From contig JAGLON010000002.1 in the NCBI GenBank assembly GCA_023138975.1, positions 138,378-202,377 on the forward strand: a stretch of 64,000 bases of DNA. The letters are read 5' to 3'. Shown piece by piece: positions 19,262 to 29,564 of this stretch; positions within the stretch are counted from its first letter, which is position 1; each line of letters opens with the position of its first letter. Below the pieces are notes generated by a model. That model was not told the DNA's origin, did not search any database, and saw only the letters and a program-made list of their open reading frames with translations. The DNA comes from Candidatus Zixiibacteriota bacterium. GTDB lineage: Bacteria; Zixibacteria; MSB-5A5; GN15; JAAZOE01. Position numbers and translations under genes: made by a program.

Positions 19262-20041
19262 TTATTTTTTGTATTTGCGATAGACGCCCAGTCCGGCCAT
19301 GCCAATTCCCATCAATAGCATAGTCGTCGGTTCCGGAACCGCGTTTGAGGCGGTACCCTTAACAGCAAGCGCCGTGAAATCGATAGCAAAATGATCGTCG
19401 CCATAATAACTGTCGTTGCCGCCGTAATTATCAAAGTAAACATCCAGTTCTCCATCGCGGAGCATTTCAATGTCAACTTCATAAGTAAATACTGCGGAAC
19501 CCCAGGTACCCAAATTGATATCTAAAAATTCGGTAATTTCAACTCCATCAATATACAGATGGCTGTACCCGCCAAAGACTCCCTGCTGTAACCCGGCAAT
19601 ATCTATGGTAAAGTAGGCTCGTGACAAATCCTCAAAATCATAGATGTTGAATTTATGTTTAAAGGAGACATCATAGAAATCTTCAACGTCGGTAGCTTGA
19701 GCGCCGTTAGTAGCATTCTTTTCAGCTTCACTGCGGTTGTCAAACATCCAGCCGGCACCCTCAGCCGGATCATCTGTAAATGGCAGAGTAAAACCTTCAC
19801 CATAATCTTGGCCGTAACCGAAACCGTCATTGTCGCCAATCATATCAAGTACGGCCAGCGGTTTGTTTGTGTCACCGCTGGTAGCGCCCAACGGGGAGTT
19901 AACATCGTTATAATTGCCCCGATTATTGGTATCATTGCTGTTATTACCATTGGGCGTATAAGTATTGTTAAACGCGAAAGCGGGCATTGCCAGAGCAATA
20001 ATACATACGGTAAGTAAACTAATTTTAAGCACAGCTTTCAT
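19262..20041 (-). CDS. PEP-CTERM sorting-domain secreted protein
   Basis: C-terminus VPEPTTMLLMGIGMAGLGVYRKYKK (PEP motif, TM helix, basic tail). Likely start is the MKAVLKISLLTVCIIALAMPAFA signal peptide at 20041; the track ORF extends to 20071. Confidence 0.8.
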   Translation of the reverse strand: MKAVLKISLLTVCIIALAMPAFAFNNTYTPNGNNSNDTNNRGNYNDVNSPLGATSGDTNKPLAVLDMIGDNDGFGYGQDYGEGFTLPFTDDPAEGAGWMFDNRSEAEKNATNGAQATDVEDFYDVSFKHKFNIYDFEDLSRAYFTIDIAGLQQGVFGGYSHLYIDGVEITEFLDINLGTWGSAVFTYEVDIEMLRDGELDVYFDNYGGNDSYYGDDHFAIDFTALAVKGTASNAVPEPTTMLLMGIGMAGLGVYRKYKK

Positions 20042-20619
20042 TAAACTCTCCCGGCAAAAATTGGATGCCATCTTATATAGTGTTACTTCTTTCCATTTTC
20101 TCCGGCCTGTCTGATAAATAACTCTAAGTTATTCCTGCACAACCGCCGGATAGTGGAATAATTTGTATGTTTAGATTAAAGCAAAGAGTATGCCGGTTCC
20201 GGATTCAATTCGATATATGAGTCTATTGTTTTGAATCGATTACCAAAGATGTTCTAATTATAATGAACGGGATAAGCAGCTTTTCGTGGCGCGCTTGTAA
20301 TGTGGTTCATAGTAATGTATTAGGTGGTGTAAGAGAGTGCTTGCAATTCACCCTTTGATATATTCCTCAGAAATCAATACTAATATTGGCTTGTATATTT
20401 AAGCCGCGTAGATTTGGATTATTGAAATATGTGAATAGTAATTATGCCGAAAGTAGGTTGCTGTGCAATTATTTGCACATAATTCACATGGAAGTACATT
20501 ATAGAATCCTTTTCTATTCTCTTGATTTCACCAACGAAAACTATATATTATTTCCTTGCAATAGGTGTATGGGACCTTTGCGTAGTTAGGGTAACCATTG
20601 GGATTTTTCCGATATTGGA

Positions 20620-21618
20620 TTGTTTACGACAATGATCTATAGTTTTGAAAAAGAGAACTCAGCCTGCCGGGACTTTTTAAGCGAGCTTAAAAATAATTCG
20701 CTTGATTTTGAGATTATACGGCGGGATAAAGTCGTCATTCGGATCTTCGGTCATGTTGACTCCTCACTAAAAGAGAGGCTTGAGTCACTTTCTAAAAACA
20801 GCCATAATCTCACCCTGAAAAAAAGTTCCGAATCGGTGACGATTCCGGACCAGATGAATAAACTATTTATTGCGGGACCTTGTTCGGTAGAATCTGAATC
20901 GCAGCTCAGCACCATCGCGGAATTTTTGGCCAGGCAGGGAATAGGATATTTGCGGGGAGGAGCTTTTAAGCCTCGTACTCAGAGCAGTTCGTTTCAGGGG
21001 CTGGGGCGAGTAGGTCTCAAAATCATGGCCGATGTCGCCGCCCGAAACAACATGAAAGTCGTGACTGAGCTGATGGATCGCTCTCAATTGGATGATGTTG
21101 AACGGCACGCAGATATTATTCAAGTCGGTTCCCGAAACATGTTTAACTATACTCTGTTGACTGCGCTCGGATCGATCAATAAGCCGATTCTTCTCAAGCG
21201 TGGCATGGCTGCGACAATTGACGAATGGATTCATGCCGCGGATTATATCCGTAAAGGCGGAAACGAAAACGTTATTCTTTGTGAGCGTGGTATTCGAACC
21301 TTTGAACCGCGAACCCGTTTTACGCTGGATATCCTCGCCATTCCACTGGCTCAAAAACTTAGCGGTCTAAAAGTCATCGCTGATCCGTCTCATGCGGCAG
21401 GCAACAGAGATTTGGTTCCTCATTTGGTGAAAGCGGCTTTGGCTGCCGGAGCTGATGGCGTTATGGTCGAAGTTCATCATGATCCGGAAGAGGCACTGTC
21501 CGATGGGGCCCAGTCGATGTCATTCACTGACTACTCAGAAATGCTGAATGAGTTGAAAAACACCGGCTTATTTTTTCCGATAAATCCGGCTAACAAAGAA
21601 TCGATAGTTCGAGAATAA
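20620..21618 (+). CDS. 3-deoxy-7-phosphoheptulonate (DAHP) synthase, type I-beta, with an N-terminal regulatory-type extension
   Basis: FIAGPCSVES, GGAFKPRTQSSSFQGLG, KRG and DPSHA motifs. There is an N-terminal extra domain of about 80 aa. Start is TTG at 20620 or ATG at 20632. Confidence 0.8.
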   Translation: MFTTMIYSFEKENSACRDFLSELKNNSLDFEIIRRDKVVIRIFGHVDSSLKERLESLSKNSHNLTLKKSSESVTIPDQMNKLFIAGPCSVESESQLSTIAEFLARQGIGYLRGGAFKPRTQSSSFQGLGRVGLKIMADVAARNNMKVVTELMDRSQLDDVERHADIIQVGSRNMFNYTLLTALGSINKPILLKRGMAATIDEWIHAADYIRKGGNENVILCERGIRTFEPRTRFTLDILAIPLAQKLSGLKVIADPSHAAGNRDLVPHLVKAALAAGADGVMVEVHHDPEEALSDGAQSMSFTDYSEMLNELKNTGLFFPINPANKESIVRE

Positions 21619-21621
21619 CCA

Positions 21622-22968
21622 ATGCCCGGATTACATATCAATATGGGCGATTTTCAAGAACAAATTAAAGAAACAATTTTACAGGTACTTAAGGCGAAAA
21701 AGGACCGAGCTCGATATCCGTTGATTATTGAGCAGGAGATTCCGCCGGTTGATATTATCAGCTGGCTTTTTCGTCAGCCGGGAGAGCATCGGGTATACTG
21801 GCAGGATAAAGCCGGTACGATTGAGGCGGCTGGTATCGGTACCGGTTTTCAAACCGCTTCTGACTCGCTGACTGACATATATAATGTATCTCTGATAAAG
21901 CCGTTATTTTTTTATAATAAGCTTTTTAATCTTTCTGACAATAATAGCAATTTGTGGGGGGCTTTTCCCTCCGAGTTGTGCATGCTTCCGCAGAGGATGA
22001 TTATCCGCCGTCATGATTCTTATCGCTATCGTTTATGCATCGAATTTTCCGGCAATGATAAAATCGAAGATATTGTCCGGAAATTTGAACGTCTGCAAAT
22101 TGATTCAAGCCAGATTACGCCCTCAGAAACCGATACACTCTCTCTTCAACCGATTCGCCACATGCCGGAATATGAAAATTGGACAATGAATGTCGAACGC
22201 TGCCTTGAAGCAATACACAGTAAAAAGCTGGCGAAGGTCGTCATGGCGCGTCAAAGCGATTATTCTTTTAATGAGGACATCACCGCGGAATCATGCCTCA
22301 AAGCTCTTCTGAAAGCCGGGAAAATAACCTACATTATGCTGTATCAGCCTGATAATCAAAACACGTTTATCTCATTAACACCGGAACGGTTGTTTCACCG
22401 GTTTGAAAAAGAAATCTATATCGACGCGATATCATCAACTACCCGACGAGGCCAAACTGAATCTGAAGATAAGTCTCTGGCCGATGAGTTAATTTCTGAT
22501 TCCAAGCAATCGCTTGAACACAAGTTTGTTATTGACGGCATCTTTGACAGTCTGAAGGAATTATGTTCCGGGAAGCCAACCGTACACGCCACGGAAATAC
22601 TGAAACTCCCGATGGTACAGCATCTCAAAACCCTGATTGACGGTGGTTTAATGACCACTGATGATCAGGCAATTATTAACAAACTCCATCCGACACCAGC
22701 GGTTGGAGGGACTCCGACCTTGGCCGCGGTCAAATGGATTAAATCAGCGGAACCGTTTTCACGGGGTTTATATGCCGCTCCGATGGGATTGATATCGGAG
22801 GAAGAAACAGAAATCGCGGTTGGAATTAGATCCATGCTGCTTAAGGGTAAAACCATTTCAGTGTTTACCGGAGCCGGAATTGTCGAAGGCTCTGATCCTG
22901 ATTTGGAATGGCGAGAAATTAACAGTAAGAACATTCTATCCAAATTTATTCAAGAAGAAAAAAACTGA
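21622..22968 (+). CDS. menF: Isochorismate synthase
   Basis: HPTPAVGGTP, GLYAAPMG and GAGIVEGSDP motifs of chorismate-utilising enzymes. Lies in the men cluster. Confidence 0.85.
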   Translation: MPGLHINMGDFQEQIKETILQVLKAKKDRARYPLIIEQEIPPVDIISWLFRQPGEHRVYWQDKAGTIEAAGIGTGFQTASDSLTDIYNVSLIKPLFFYNKLFNLSDNNSNLWGAFPSELCMLPQRMIIRRHDSYRYRLCIEFSGNDKIEDIVRKFERLQIDSSQITPSETDTLSLQPIRHMPEYENWTMNVERCLEAIHSKKLAKVVMARQSDYSFNEDITAESCLKALLKAGKITYIMLYQPDNQNTFISLTPERLFHRFEKEIYIDAISSTTRRGQTESEDKSLADELISDSKQSLEHKFVIDGIFDSLKELCSGKPTVHATEILKLPMVQHLKTLIDGGLMTTDDQAIINKLHPTPAVGGTPTLAAVKWIKSAEPFSRGLYAAPMGLISEEETEIAVGIRSMLLKGKTISVFTGAGIVEGSDPDLEWREINSKNILSKFIQEEKN

Positions 22969-24734
22969 TGGACAAGCCGCCTAATATAAATGGTTTTTTT
23001 TCGCGTTTGCTAATTGATCGCCTCGTCAATGAGGGTATCAGTTATTATATTATCTCACCGGGTTCACGATCAACACCTCTGGCGGTTGCCGCGTCCGAAC
23101 ATCCACAGGTAAAAACTAAAGTTATTATCGACGAGCGTTCGGCAGCATTTTACGCCTTAGGATATGCTCGCGCCTCCGGATGCGCTCCGGGTCTTATCTG
23201 TACCTCCGGTACGGCTGTTGCAAACTATTTCCCGGCCATTGTCGAGGCATATCAATCTCGTTTACCGCTGGTAGTACTTTCTGCTGATCGACCGCAGGAT
23301 TTACAGGATTGCGGCGCCAACCAGACCATTAGCCAGAGAAATATATATGGGCGGTTCGCGGTCTGCTTGGCATTTGATGCGCCTGATGATACCCTTGACC
23401 CCGAAACCGTTCTTGATGAAATTGAAAAAGTGGTGAAGAAAACATGGGTTCAAGGTTCGCGGATGTCGATGCCGCTTCATATTAACTGTAGTTTTCGTGA
23501 ACCTTTGGCTCCCGATGAAGAAAACTATAACCACAAACAGTTAAACAGCAAAGTTGCCAAATGGTATAAGAATCGTCCCGTCGATTTGACCGGGTATAAT
23601 CTTCCCGATTATGGCGATGATATAAAATGGCTGGCTGAGCAAATCAAGAAACGCAAAAAAGGAATTATAATTGCCGGGCCGGAAACAAAATATCGCCATT
23701 GCGCCAAAATCGGTATGGTGTCTGACAAACTCAATTGGCCGATCTTAGCCGATGTACTTTCTCAGGTTCGTTTTGTGACTCAGGAAATAGCCGGGTATCC
23801 GATCGGTATGTATGATTCTTATATTGATAGCGGGGATGCCATAAAACATCTGAAACCGGAAATGATAATTCACTTTGGCGGCCTGCCAACTTCCAAACGG
23901 CTGAATCAGTATTTATTATCGCTAAAAGGTATCCCATATATAAAAATTCAGAACCACGAAAGAACTATCGACCCGGATGGCATCGAGACCCGCCGTATCA
24001 TGGCCGAGCCGAATTTATTAGTCGATCAGTTGCTGGCGCAAATCTCAACCGCTCCTGATAAAAAATACTTGGCTGGATGGGTCAAAACCGATTATCAATG
24101 TTTGACCGAATTGAATAGATTAGAAGCCGATGGTGATTTGAGCGAGTTTACCGTTCCTAAATCGCTGGTGGAGATCCTCCCCACCAAGGATGCTTTATTC
24201 CTTTCCAACAGTATGCCGGTGCGAGACGCCGACAGTTTTATGCCGGTCTCCCGCAAGGCGCTTCAGGTGGGAGCCAACCGGGGAGCCAGTGGTATTGACG
24301 GCATCATCGCTTCAGCCTGCGGGTTTTCGGCGGCGTGCGAACGCCCGGTCACAATTCTAATTGGTGATTTGGCTTTTTTACACGATATCGGTTCCTTACG
24401 GTTAGTATCTGAAGCGGAAAAACCGGTCATCATCATAGTCATCAATAATAATGGCGGTGGTATCTTTAGCTTCCTGCCGATAGCCAAACACGAAAAAGTA
24501 TTCGAAGAGTACTTTGGCACACCCCAAAAGATAGACTGCCAAGCCGCCGCTCAAATGACCGGCATAACATACGATGCGCCTGAGACACTCCAGCAATTCA
24601 AGGATGCGTGCTCGATGTTGGTTAAGGAAAACCGTTCGGGGCTTATTGAAGTGACAACCGATAGAACTAAAAATGTGAAACTACACAACACAATCCGTGA
24701 AACAATATGCCAAGTTCTCTCGAATAGTAAATAA
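22968..24734 (+). CDS. menD: SEPHCHC synthase (2-succinyl-5-enolpyruvyl-6-hydroxy-3-cyclohexene-1-carboxylate synthase)
   Basis: ThDP enzyme motifs ISPGSRSTPLAVA and GDLAFLHDIGSL...NNNGGGIFS. The ATG overlaps the menF stop. Confidence 0.9.
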   Translation: MDKPPNINGFFSRLLIDRLVNEGISYYIISPGSRSTPLAVAASEHPQVKTKVIIDERSAAFYALGYARASGCAPGLICTSGTAVANYFPAIVEAYQSRLPLVVLSADRPQDLQDCGANQTISQRNIYGRFAVCLAFDAPDDTLDPETVLDEIEKVVKKTWVQGSRMSMPLHINCSFREPLAPDEENYNHKQLNSKVAKWYKNRPVDLTGYNLPDYGDDIKWLAEQIKKRKKGIIIAGPETKYRHCAKIGMVSDKLNWPILADVLSQVRFVTQEIAGYPIGMYDSYIDSGDAIKHLKPEMIIHFGGLPTSKRLNQYLLSLKGIPYIKIQNHERTIDPDGIETRRIMAEPNLLVDQLLAQISTAPDKKYLAGWVKTDYQCLTELNRLEADGDLSEFTVPKSLVEILPTKDALFLSNSMPVRDADSFMPVSRKALQVGANRGASGIDGIIASACGFSAACERPVTILIGDLAFLHDIGSLRLVSEAEKPVIIIVINNNGGGIFSFLPIAKHEKVFEEYFGTPQKIDCQAAAQMTGITYDAPETLQQFKDACSMLVKENRSGLIEVTTDRTKNVKLHNTIRETICQVLSNSK

Positions 24735-25528
24735 TGGCTGATTTAATAAAAGAGTGGAATGTTTATCGGGCCGGAGATAATTTCCGGAGGCCGATTTTGT
24801 TCCTGCATGGATTTATGGGGAGTGGTAAAATATGGCTGCCTGTAATTGAGCAGTTACAGGATTCATACTATTGTCTCGCTCTTGATTTACCCGGTCATGG
24901 AGAAACCAAAGCCAATCTGGGTAATCTATTTTTTGATACATTGGCTGAAAGTCTCATCTCCTTTATTGACGATAATTGTAACCAGCCGCCAATAATTATC
25001 GGCTATTCAATGGGCGGCCGGATTGCGCTTTATACTGCCATCAAGTATCCTGAAAAGTTTCATTCGATAGTGCTGGAATCATCCTCACCCGGAATTGCAG
25101 ACGGTTTTGAACGGCAAAAAAGGCTTCTGTCCGATAGAACCGTATCCGAGAAATTTCTGCAAACCGATATGCGGTCGTTTCTCATTGATTGGTATAAACA
25201 GCCAGTTTTTAATTATTTGTCGGAAAAACAGGGATTAACAGAAAAAATCATCGACAAAAAATCGTCCGGTAATCCCGAATTTTACTCCAAGGTTGTTATT
25301 GCTCTTTCGCCGGGAAGACAAATTCCATTGTGGAATAAACTTCCCTTTCTGTTTCTTCCGGTATTAATTATTGCCGGAGAGATCGACCAGAAGTATTGCG
25401 AAATCGGACGTCGCATGACCGATGCCTTGCCAAAATCGCGACTCGAAATTATCAAAAACGCCGGACATATCGTCCATCTCGAAAATCGCAAAGATTTCAT
25501 GTCGGCCTTGAATTCCTTTCTAAGTTAA
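24734..25528 (+). CDS. menH: SHCHC synthase (alpha/beta hydrolase)
   Basis: [10 protein letters not shown], nucleophile elbow GYSMGGR, and the C-terminal GH of the catalytic triad. Start overlaps the menD stop. Confidence 0.8.
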   Translation: MADLIKEWNVYRAGDNFRRPILFLHGFMGSGKIWLPVIEQLQDSYYCLALDLPGHGETKANLGNLFFDTLAESLISFIDDNCNQPPIIIGYSMGGRIALYTAIKYPEKFHSIVLESSSPGIADGFERQKRLLSDRTVSEKFLQTDMRSFLIDWYKQPVFNYLSEKQGLTEKIIDKKSSGNPEFYSKVVIALSPGRQIPLWNKLPFLFLPVLIIAGEIDQKYCEIGRRMTDALPKSRLEIIKNAGHIVHLENRKDFMSALNSFLS

Positions 25529-25574
25529 TATATATTATCTTCAAATATCCAATTCGCATGCAAAGGAGTCTGGT

Positions 25575-26396
25575 GTGTCAAATATAGAATGGCAGAGCGC
25601 CGGAGAGTATAAAGATATCCTCTATCACAAGGCCGAGGGTATTGCTAAAATTACTATTAATCGTCCTCAGGTAAGAAACGCTTTCCGCCCTCAGACGGTG
25701 CATGAAATGACCGAAGCGTTTGCCGATGCTCGTGATGACTGCAAAATCGGCGTTGTAATTCTGACCGGTGAAGGGAAAAAGGCGTTCTGTTCCGGAGGCG
25801 ATCAGAAAATTCGGGGCGATGCCGGATATGTTGATGATACCGGGGTTCATCGTCTGAATGTACTCGACCTCCAACGGCAGATTCGCACCCTCCCCAAGCC
25901 GGTTATCGCGATGGTTGCCGGGTATGCTATCGGAGGCGGTCATGTTCTGCATCTGATGTGCGATCTCACTATCGCCGCCGACAATGCTATCTTTGGTCAG
26001 ACCGGTCCCAAGGTCGGATCGTTTGACGGAGGCTATGGTTCGTCTTATATGGCCCGTATTGTCGGGCAGAAGAAAGCCCGCGAAATCTGGTTCCTGTGCC
26101 GTCAATACGATGCCCAACAGGCACTCGATATGGGACTGGTTAATACGGTTGTGCCGTATGACAAACTCGAAGAAGAGACAGTGCAGTGGTGCCGCGAGAT
26201 TCTCGCTAATTCACCGATGGCCCTCAGATGCCTGAAGTCGGCTCTCAACGCCGACTGCGACGGGCAGGCAGGTCTGCAGGAATTGGCAGGCAACGCGACG
26301 ATGCTGTTTTATATGAGCGAGGAAGGCCAGGAGGGCCGTAATGCCTTTAACGAAAAACGCAAACCTGATTTTTCAAAATTCCCGAGGCGTCCTTAG
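25575..26396 (+). CDS. menB: 1,4-dihydroxy-2-naphthoyl-CoA synthase
   Basis: GTG start after an AAAGGAG RBS. Crotonase fold with the typical MenB N-terminus ([28 protein letters not shown]) and GGDQK...[11 protein letters not shown]. Confidence 0.9.
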   Translation: MSNIEWQSAGEYKDILYHKAEGIAKITINRPQVRNAFRPQTVHEMTEAFADARDDCKIGVVILTGEGKKAFCSGGDQKIRGDAGYVDDTGVHRLNVLDLQRQIRTLPKPVIAMVAGYAIGGGHVLHLMCDLTIAADNAIFGQTGPKVGSFDGGYGSSYMARIVGQKKAREIWFLCRQYDAQQALDMGLVNTVVPYDKLEEETVQWCREILANSPMALRCLKSALNADCDGQAGLQELAGNATMLFYMSEEGQEGRNAFNEKRKPDFSKFPRRP

Positions 26397-26462
26397 GGAG
26401 AGTATTTAAGTGATACTAATTTTCGGCAGATATTCATATTTGCCGGGATAGGGGAGGTATTA

Positions 26463-27029
26463 ATGTTCAACGTGCGCTCGGGGCTTGTTTTAATTATATG
26501 TGTTTTACTGCTTGTATCATTTGCATATTCTGGAGATGATGTTAGAAAAGGATATTTTAGAGGTTGGGGAGTTGGTCTTACACCAATATACGATTGGAAT
26601 GCGAGCATTAATAAACAATTTCCACCTGCATTTGCACTAAATGTATTTTTAGGCTATGCTTGGAGTAATAAAGATGCGGTTGTTGTTGAAGCGAATAGGG
26701 CTTTAAGATTGTACAAGTCAGGAAATTCTGAAGCCGATACCTTGTTTTTTTCTCAAAAAGGAATTTGGGGCATAAACTGGTATCACTATTTTAATCAAGA
26801 GAGTCCATCTTTTTTTTCAACTATTGGGGCTGGTATGTATTATGGAGCACATTATAGTCCAAATAAGAAAAGGAATCTAGGATTTCTCGCAGGATGTGGG
26901 TACGAATTCCGCCCTCATTGGCAAGTCGGCCTTTATGCTTCTGGGACGAAAACATACGAAGCCGAAATTTCTGCCGGGGAAACGATCTATTATCAGGTAT
27001 CATTAATTTTGATGCATGTATCCTGTTAA
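26463..27029 (+). CDS. Small outer-membrane beta-barrel-like protein, paralog 1
   Basis: Signal peptide MFNVRSGLVLIICVLLLVSFAYS followed by alternating amphipathic strands (GWGVGLTP, FLGYAW, WGINWYHYF, GFLAGCGYEF, WQVGLYASG). Confidence 0.55.
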   Translation: MFNVRSGLVLIICVLLLVSFAYSGDDVRKGYFRGWGVGLTPIYDWNASINKQFPPAFALNVFLGYAWSNKDAVVVEANRALRLYKSGNSEADTLFFSQKGIWGINWYHYFNQESPSFFSTIGAGMYYGAHYSPNKKRNLGFLAGCGYEFRPHWQVGLYASGTKTYEAEISAGETIYYQVSLILMHVSC

Positions 27030-27051
27030 AATAAAATTGGGGAGATAATAA

Positions 27052-27606
27052 ATGTTCAACGTACGCTCGGGGCTTGTTTTAATTATTTGTGTTTTACTAT
27101 TTGTATCATCATCACAGGCCTTTGATGGCAACCGCAAAGGATTTGTATTAGGCGGAGGAGTTGGGTTTAGTCCCTATGCCGAGTGGAGTTGGAAAGACGT
27201 TGGCATAAATGAAAAAAAAGCTGGAGTTGGAATAGATTTTTTAATTGGTTATGCCTGGAATGATCGCGACATGATTGTAATCGAGTATAACGGTGTTATT
27301 ATTAATTCAGATTACTTCAATCAAAGCGCTTTTTTAACATTCGCCGGCCCTGTTTGGTACCATTATTTCAATAAAGAGCCAAAAGGTTTTTATACTACTT
27401 TAGGCCTCTGGCGTTATGGGTTTTCAATAGGTGAAGAGGGTACATCAAGCGGCTGGGGATATATGATTGGCGGTGGCTATGAATTTTATAAAAATATTCA
27501 AGTTGGCCTTTATTGGGGCGGGGGAAGTGTGAAACTGTGTAAAAACGATACTAATAAGAGCGGAATGAATCACCTCTCGATGCTTGTTACCATTGTCGCA
27601 TATTAA
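27052..27606 (+). CDS. Small outer-membrane beta-barrel-like protein, paralog 2
   Basis: Same signal peptide and about eight predicted beta strands (GGGVGFSPY, FLIGYAW, MIVIEYNG, GPVWYHYF, GYMIGGGYEF, IQVGLYWGG). The terminal aromatic residue (..TIVAY) is typical of OMPs. Confidence 0.6.
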   Translation: MFNVRSGLVLIICVLLFVSSSQAFDGNRKGFVLGGGVGFSPYAEWSWKDVGINEKKAGVGIDFLIGYAWNDRDMIVIEYNGVIINSDYFNQSAFLTFAGPVWYHYFNKEPKGFYTTLGLWRYGFSIGEEGTSSGWGYMIGGGYEFYKNIQVGLYWGGGSVKLCKNDTNKSGMNHLSMLVTIVAY

Positions 27607-27618
27607 AGGAAAACACTC

Positions 27619-28506
27619 GTGACCGAATACTCGCAAATAAAAATATGGATGCTGGCCGCTCGGCCCAAGACCCTGCCAGCCGGAGTCGTCCCAGTTCTTG
27701 TCGGGGGCGTTTTGGCCTACAGTCACGGCGGGTTTTCTATATTGCCGTTTTTGGCGGCTCTGTTCGGCTCGGTCATGATCCAGATCGGCACCAACTTCGC
27801 CAATGACTTTTTCGATTTCAAGAAAAACACCGATACCGCAGAACGAGTTGGGCCGATGCGAGTGACTCAGGCAGGACTGGTAACTCAAAGACAAATAACA
27901 ATGGCGATGATTATTGCCTTCGGATTGGCTTTTCTGGCGGGAATATATCTGGTCTCCATCGGAGGCTGGCCCATTGTCATCATTGGCCTTGCGTCAATAC
28001 TCTGCGGAGTTCTTTATACTGCCGGGCCGTATGCTCTGGGGTATCTTGGCCTCGGTGAAATCTTTGTATTGGTTTTTTATGGTCCCGTTGCTCTCGCCGG
28101 TACCTATTATGTACAAACCCTGAACGCACCGACCGAGATTATCGTAGCCGGGCTTCCATTTGGTATGATATCGACGGCGATACTTATTGTGAATAATCTA
28201 CGCGATGTCGATACCGACAAAAAAACCGGTAAGAATACTCTGGCGGTACGCTTTGGAAAAACATTTGCCCGTATAGAATATGCGGTGATGATTGCCGGAG
28301 CCGGAGTCATTGCTCCAATCTTGATGTCGATGGGACATGGCGGGAAATTTATGTACGTAAGCATTGCTTATTTGATATTTGCTCCACCGGCCGTGAGAGC
28401 GGTCTTTACCTCAAATGACGGTGAACAGTTGAATGCGACTCTGGCGGCAACCGGCAAACTGCTAATTATCTATGGCATACTTTTTAGTTTGGGATGGGTA
28501 TTGTGA
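27619..28506 (+). CDS. menA: 1,4-dihydroxy-2-naphthoate polyprenyltransferase
   Basis: UbiA-family motifs ([36 protein letters not shown]) and multiple TM helices. GTG start. Confidence 0.9.
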   Translation: MTEYSQIKIWMLAARPKTLPAGVVPVLVGGVLAYSHGGFSILPFLAALFGSVMIQIGTNFANDFFDFKKNTDTAERVGPMRVTQAGLVTQRQITMAMIIAFGLAFLAGIYLVSIGGWPIVIIGLASILCGVLYTAGPYALGYLGLGEIFVLVFYGPVALAGTYYVQTLNAPTEIIVAGLPFGMISTAILIVNNLRDVDTDKKTGKNTLAVRFGKTFARIEYAVMIAGAGVIAPILMSMGHGGKFMYVSIAYLIFAPPAVRAVFTSNDGEQLNATLAATGKLLIIYGILFSLGWVL

Positions 28507-29564
28507 AAATTAAATCAGTAGAGATTCGTCCCTTCGTTCGCCGTTTTGTAAAACCGCTGATTACATCCTTTGGTGCGGTAAGCGAGCGTATTGGTTTCTA
28601 TATCTATGTAAAAACCTTCAACGAGATTATCGGTCGCGGGGAAATTTCTCCACTGCCGTCATACCGAAACGAATCACTCGGTAAAACCGAAAAACTATTG
28701 CGGACTTTCTCGAACACATTACCCGGTACTGAATTAGATAATGAGGTTGAGCCTATTTCAGATTTCTGTGCCAAAATTTCTCAGGACAATTCTTACCTGC
28801 AATTCGGAATTGAATCAGCCCTGTACGATGCTGCATCCCGGGTAGAGGGATTTCCGTTGTGTCGCTGGCTGAACCTGAAATCGAAAATGACCGTTCCGGT
28901 AAATTGCTTGTTGACGCTTCCTATAGAAAACATTGAGCAAACCGCTTCGGATATAAATTCGCGAGGATATCAGGCTGTAAAGATTAAAGTCGGCTGTCAG
29001 AATATCAATGATGAGATTGAAGGTGTAAAACAATTATCGCAACATCTCAATAACGCCATCTCGATTCGTCTCGATGCCAATAAAGGCTGGAATTATGAGG
29101 AATCTTTAAAAGCGTTAAAAGAGTTATCCGATTGTCCGATTGAGTATCTTGAGGAACCGGGATGTCAATCAGTAGAACAGATTCAGTCGCTCAGGGATGA
29201 AACCGGAGTCGGAATTGCCCTTGATGAAAGCTTAGGCTCACTCGAAAAATGCCTTCTTGCGGCTGAGAGCGATCTTTGCGACGTGATAATTCTCAAGCCA
29301 GCTGTTTTGGGTGGATTGGCTAATACTATAAAGGCATACAATAAAATAACTGAACTGGGTAAAAAAGTGGTTGTAACATCGATGCTCGAAACTGAGATTG
29401 GTCTCGCGTCCCAGCTTCATGTATGCGCCTCGTTATCAGAAACTCTGCCTCCTTGCGGTCTCGACACCCTTAATTTATTTGAGAAGCCTGAAGCCCGCCT
29501 ATCGTCGGTCAATAATGGTGCGATACAATTACCAAACGGCTATGGAATCGGATATGACAAATAG
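28494..29564 (+). CDS. menC: o-succinylbenzoate synthase (enolase superfamily)
   Basis: KIKVG, IRLDANKGW, IEYLEEP and IALDES metal/acid-base motifs. Overlaps menA by 13 nt. Confidence 0.8.
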   Translation: MGIVKIKSVEIRPFVRRFVKPLITSFGAVSERIGFYIYVKTFNEIIGRGEISPLPSYRNESLGKTEKLLRTFSNTLPGTELDNEVEPISDFCAKISQDNSYLQFGIESALYDAASRVEGFPLCRWLNLKSKMTVPVNCLLTLPIENIEQTASDINSRGYQAVKIKVGCQNINDEIEGVKQLSQHLNNAISIRLDANKGWNYEESLKALKELSDCPIEYLEEPGCQSVEQIQSLRDETGVGIALDESLGSLEKCLLAAESDLCDVIILKPAVLGGLANTIKAYNKITELGKKVVVTSMLETEIGLASQLHVCASLSETLPPCGLDTLNLFEKPEARLSSVNNGAIQLPNGYGIGYDK

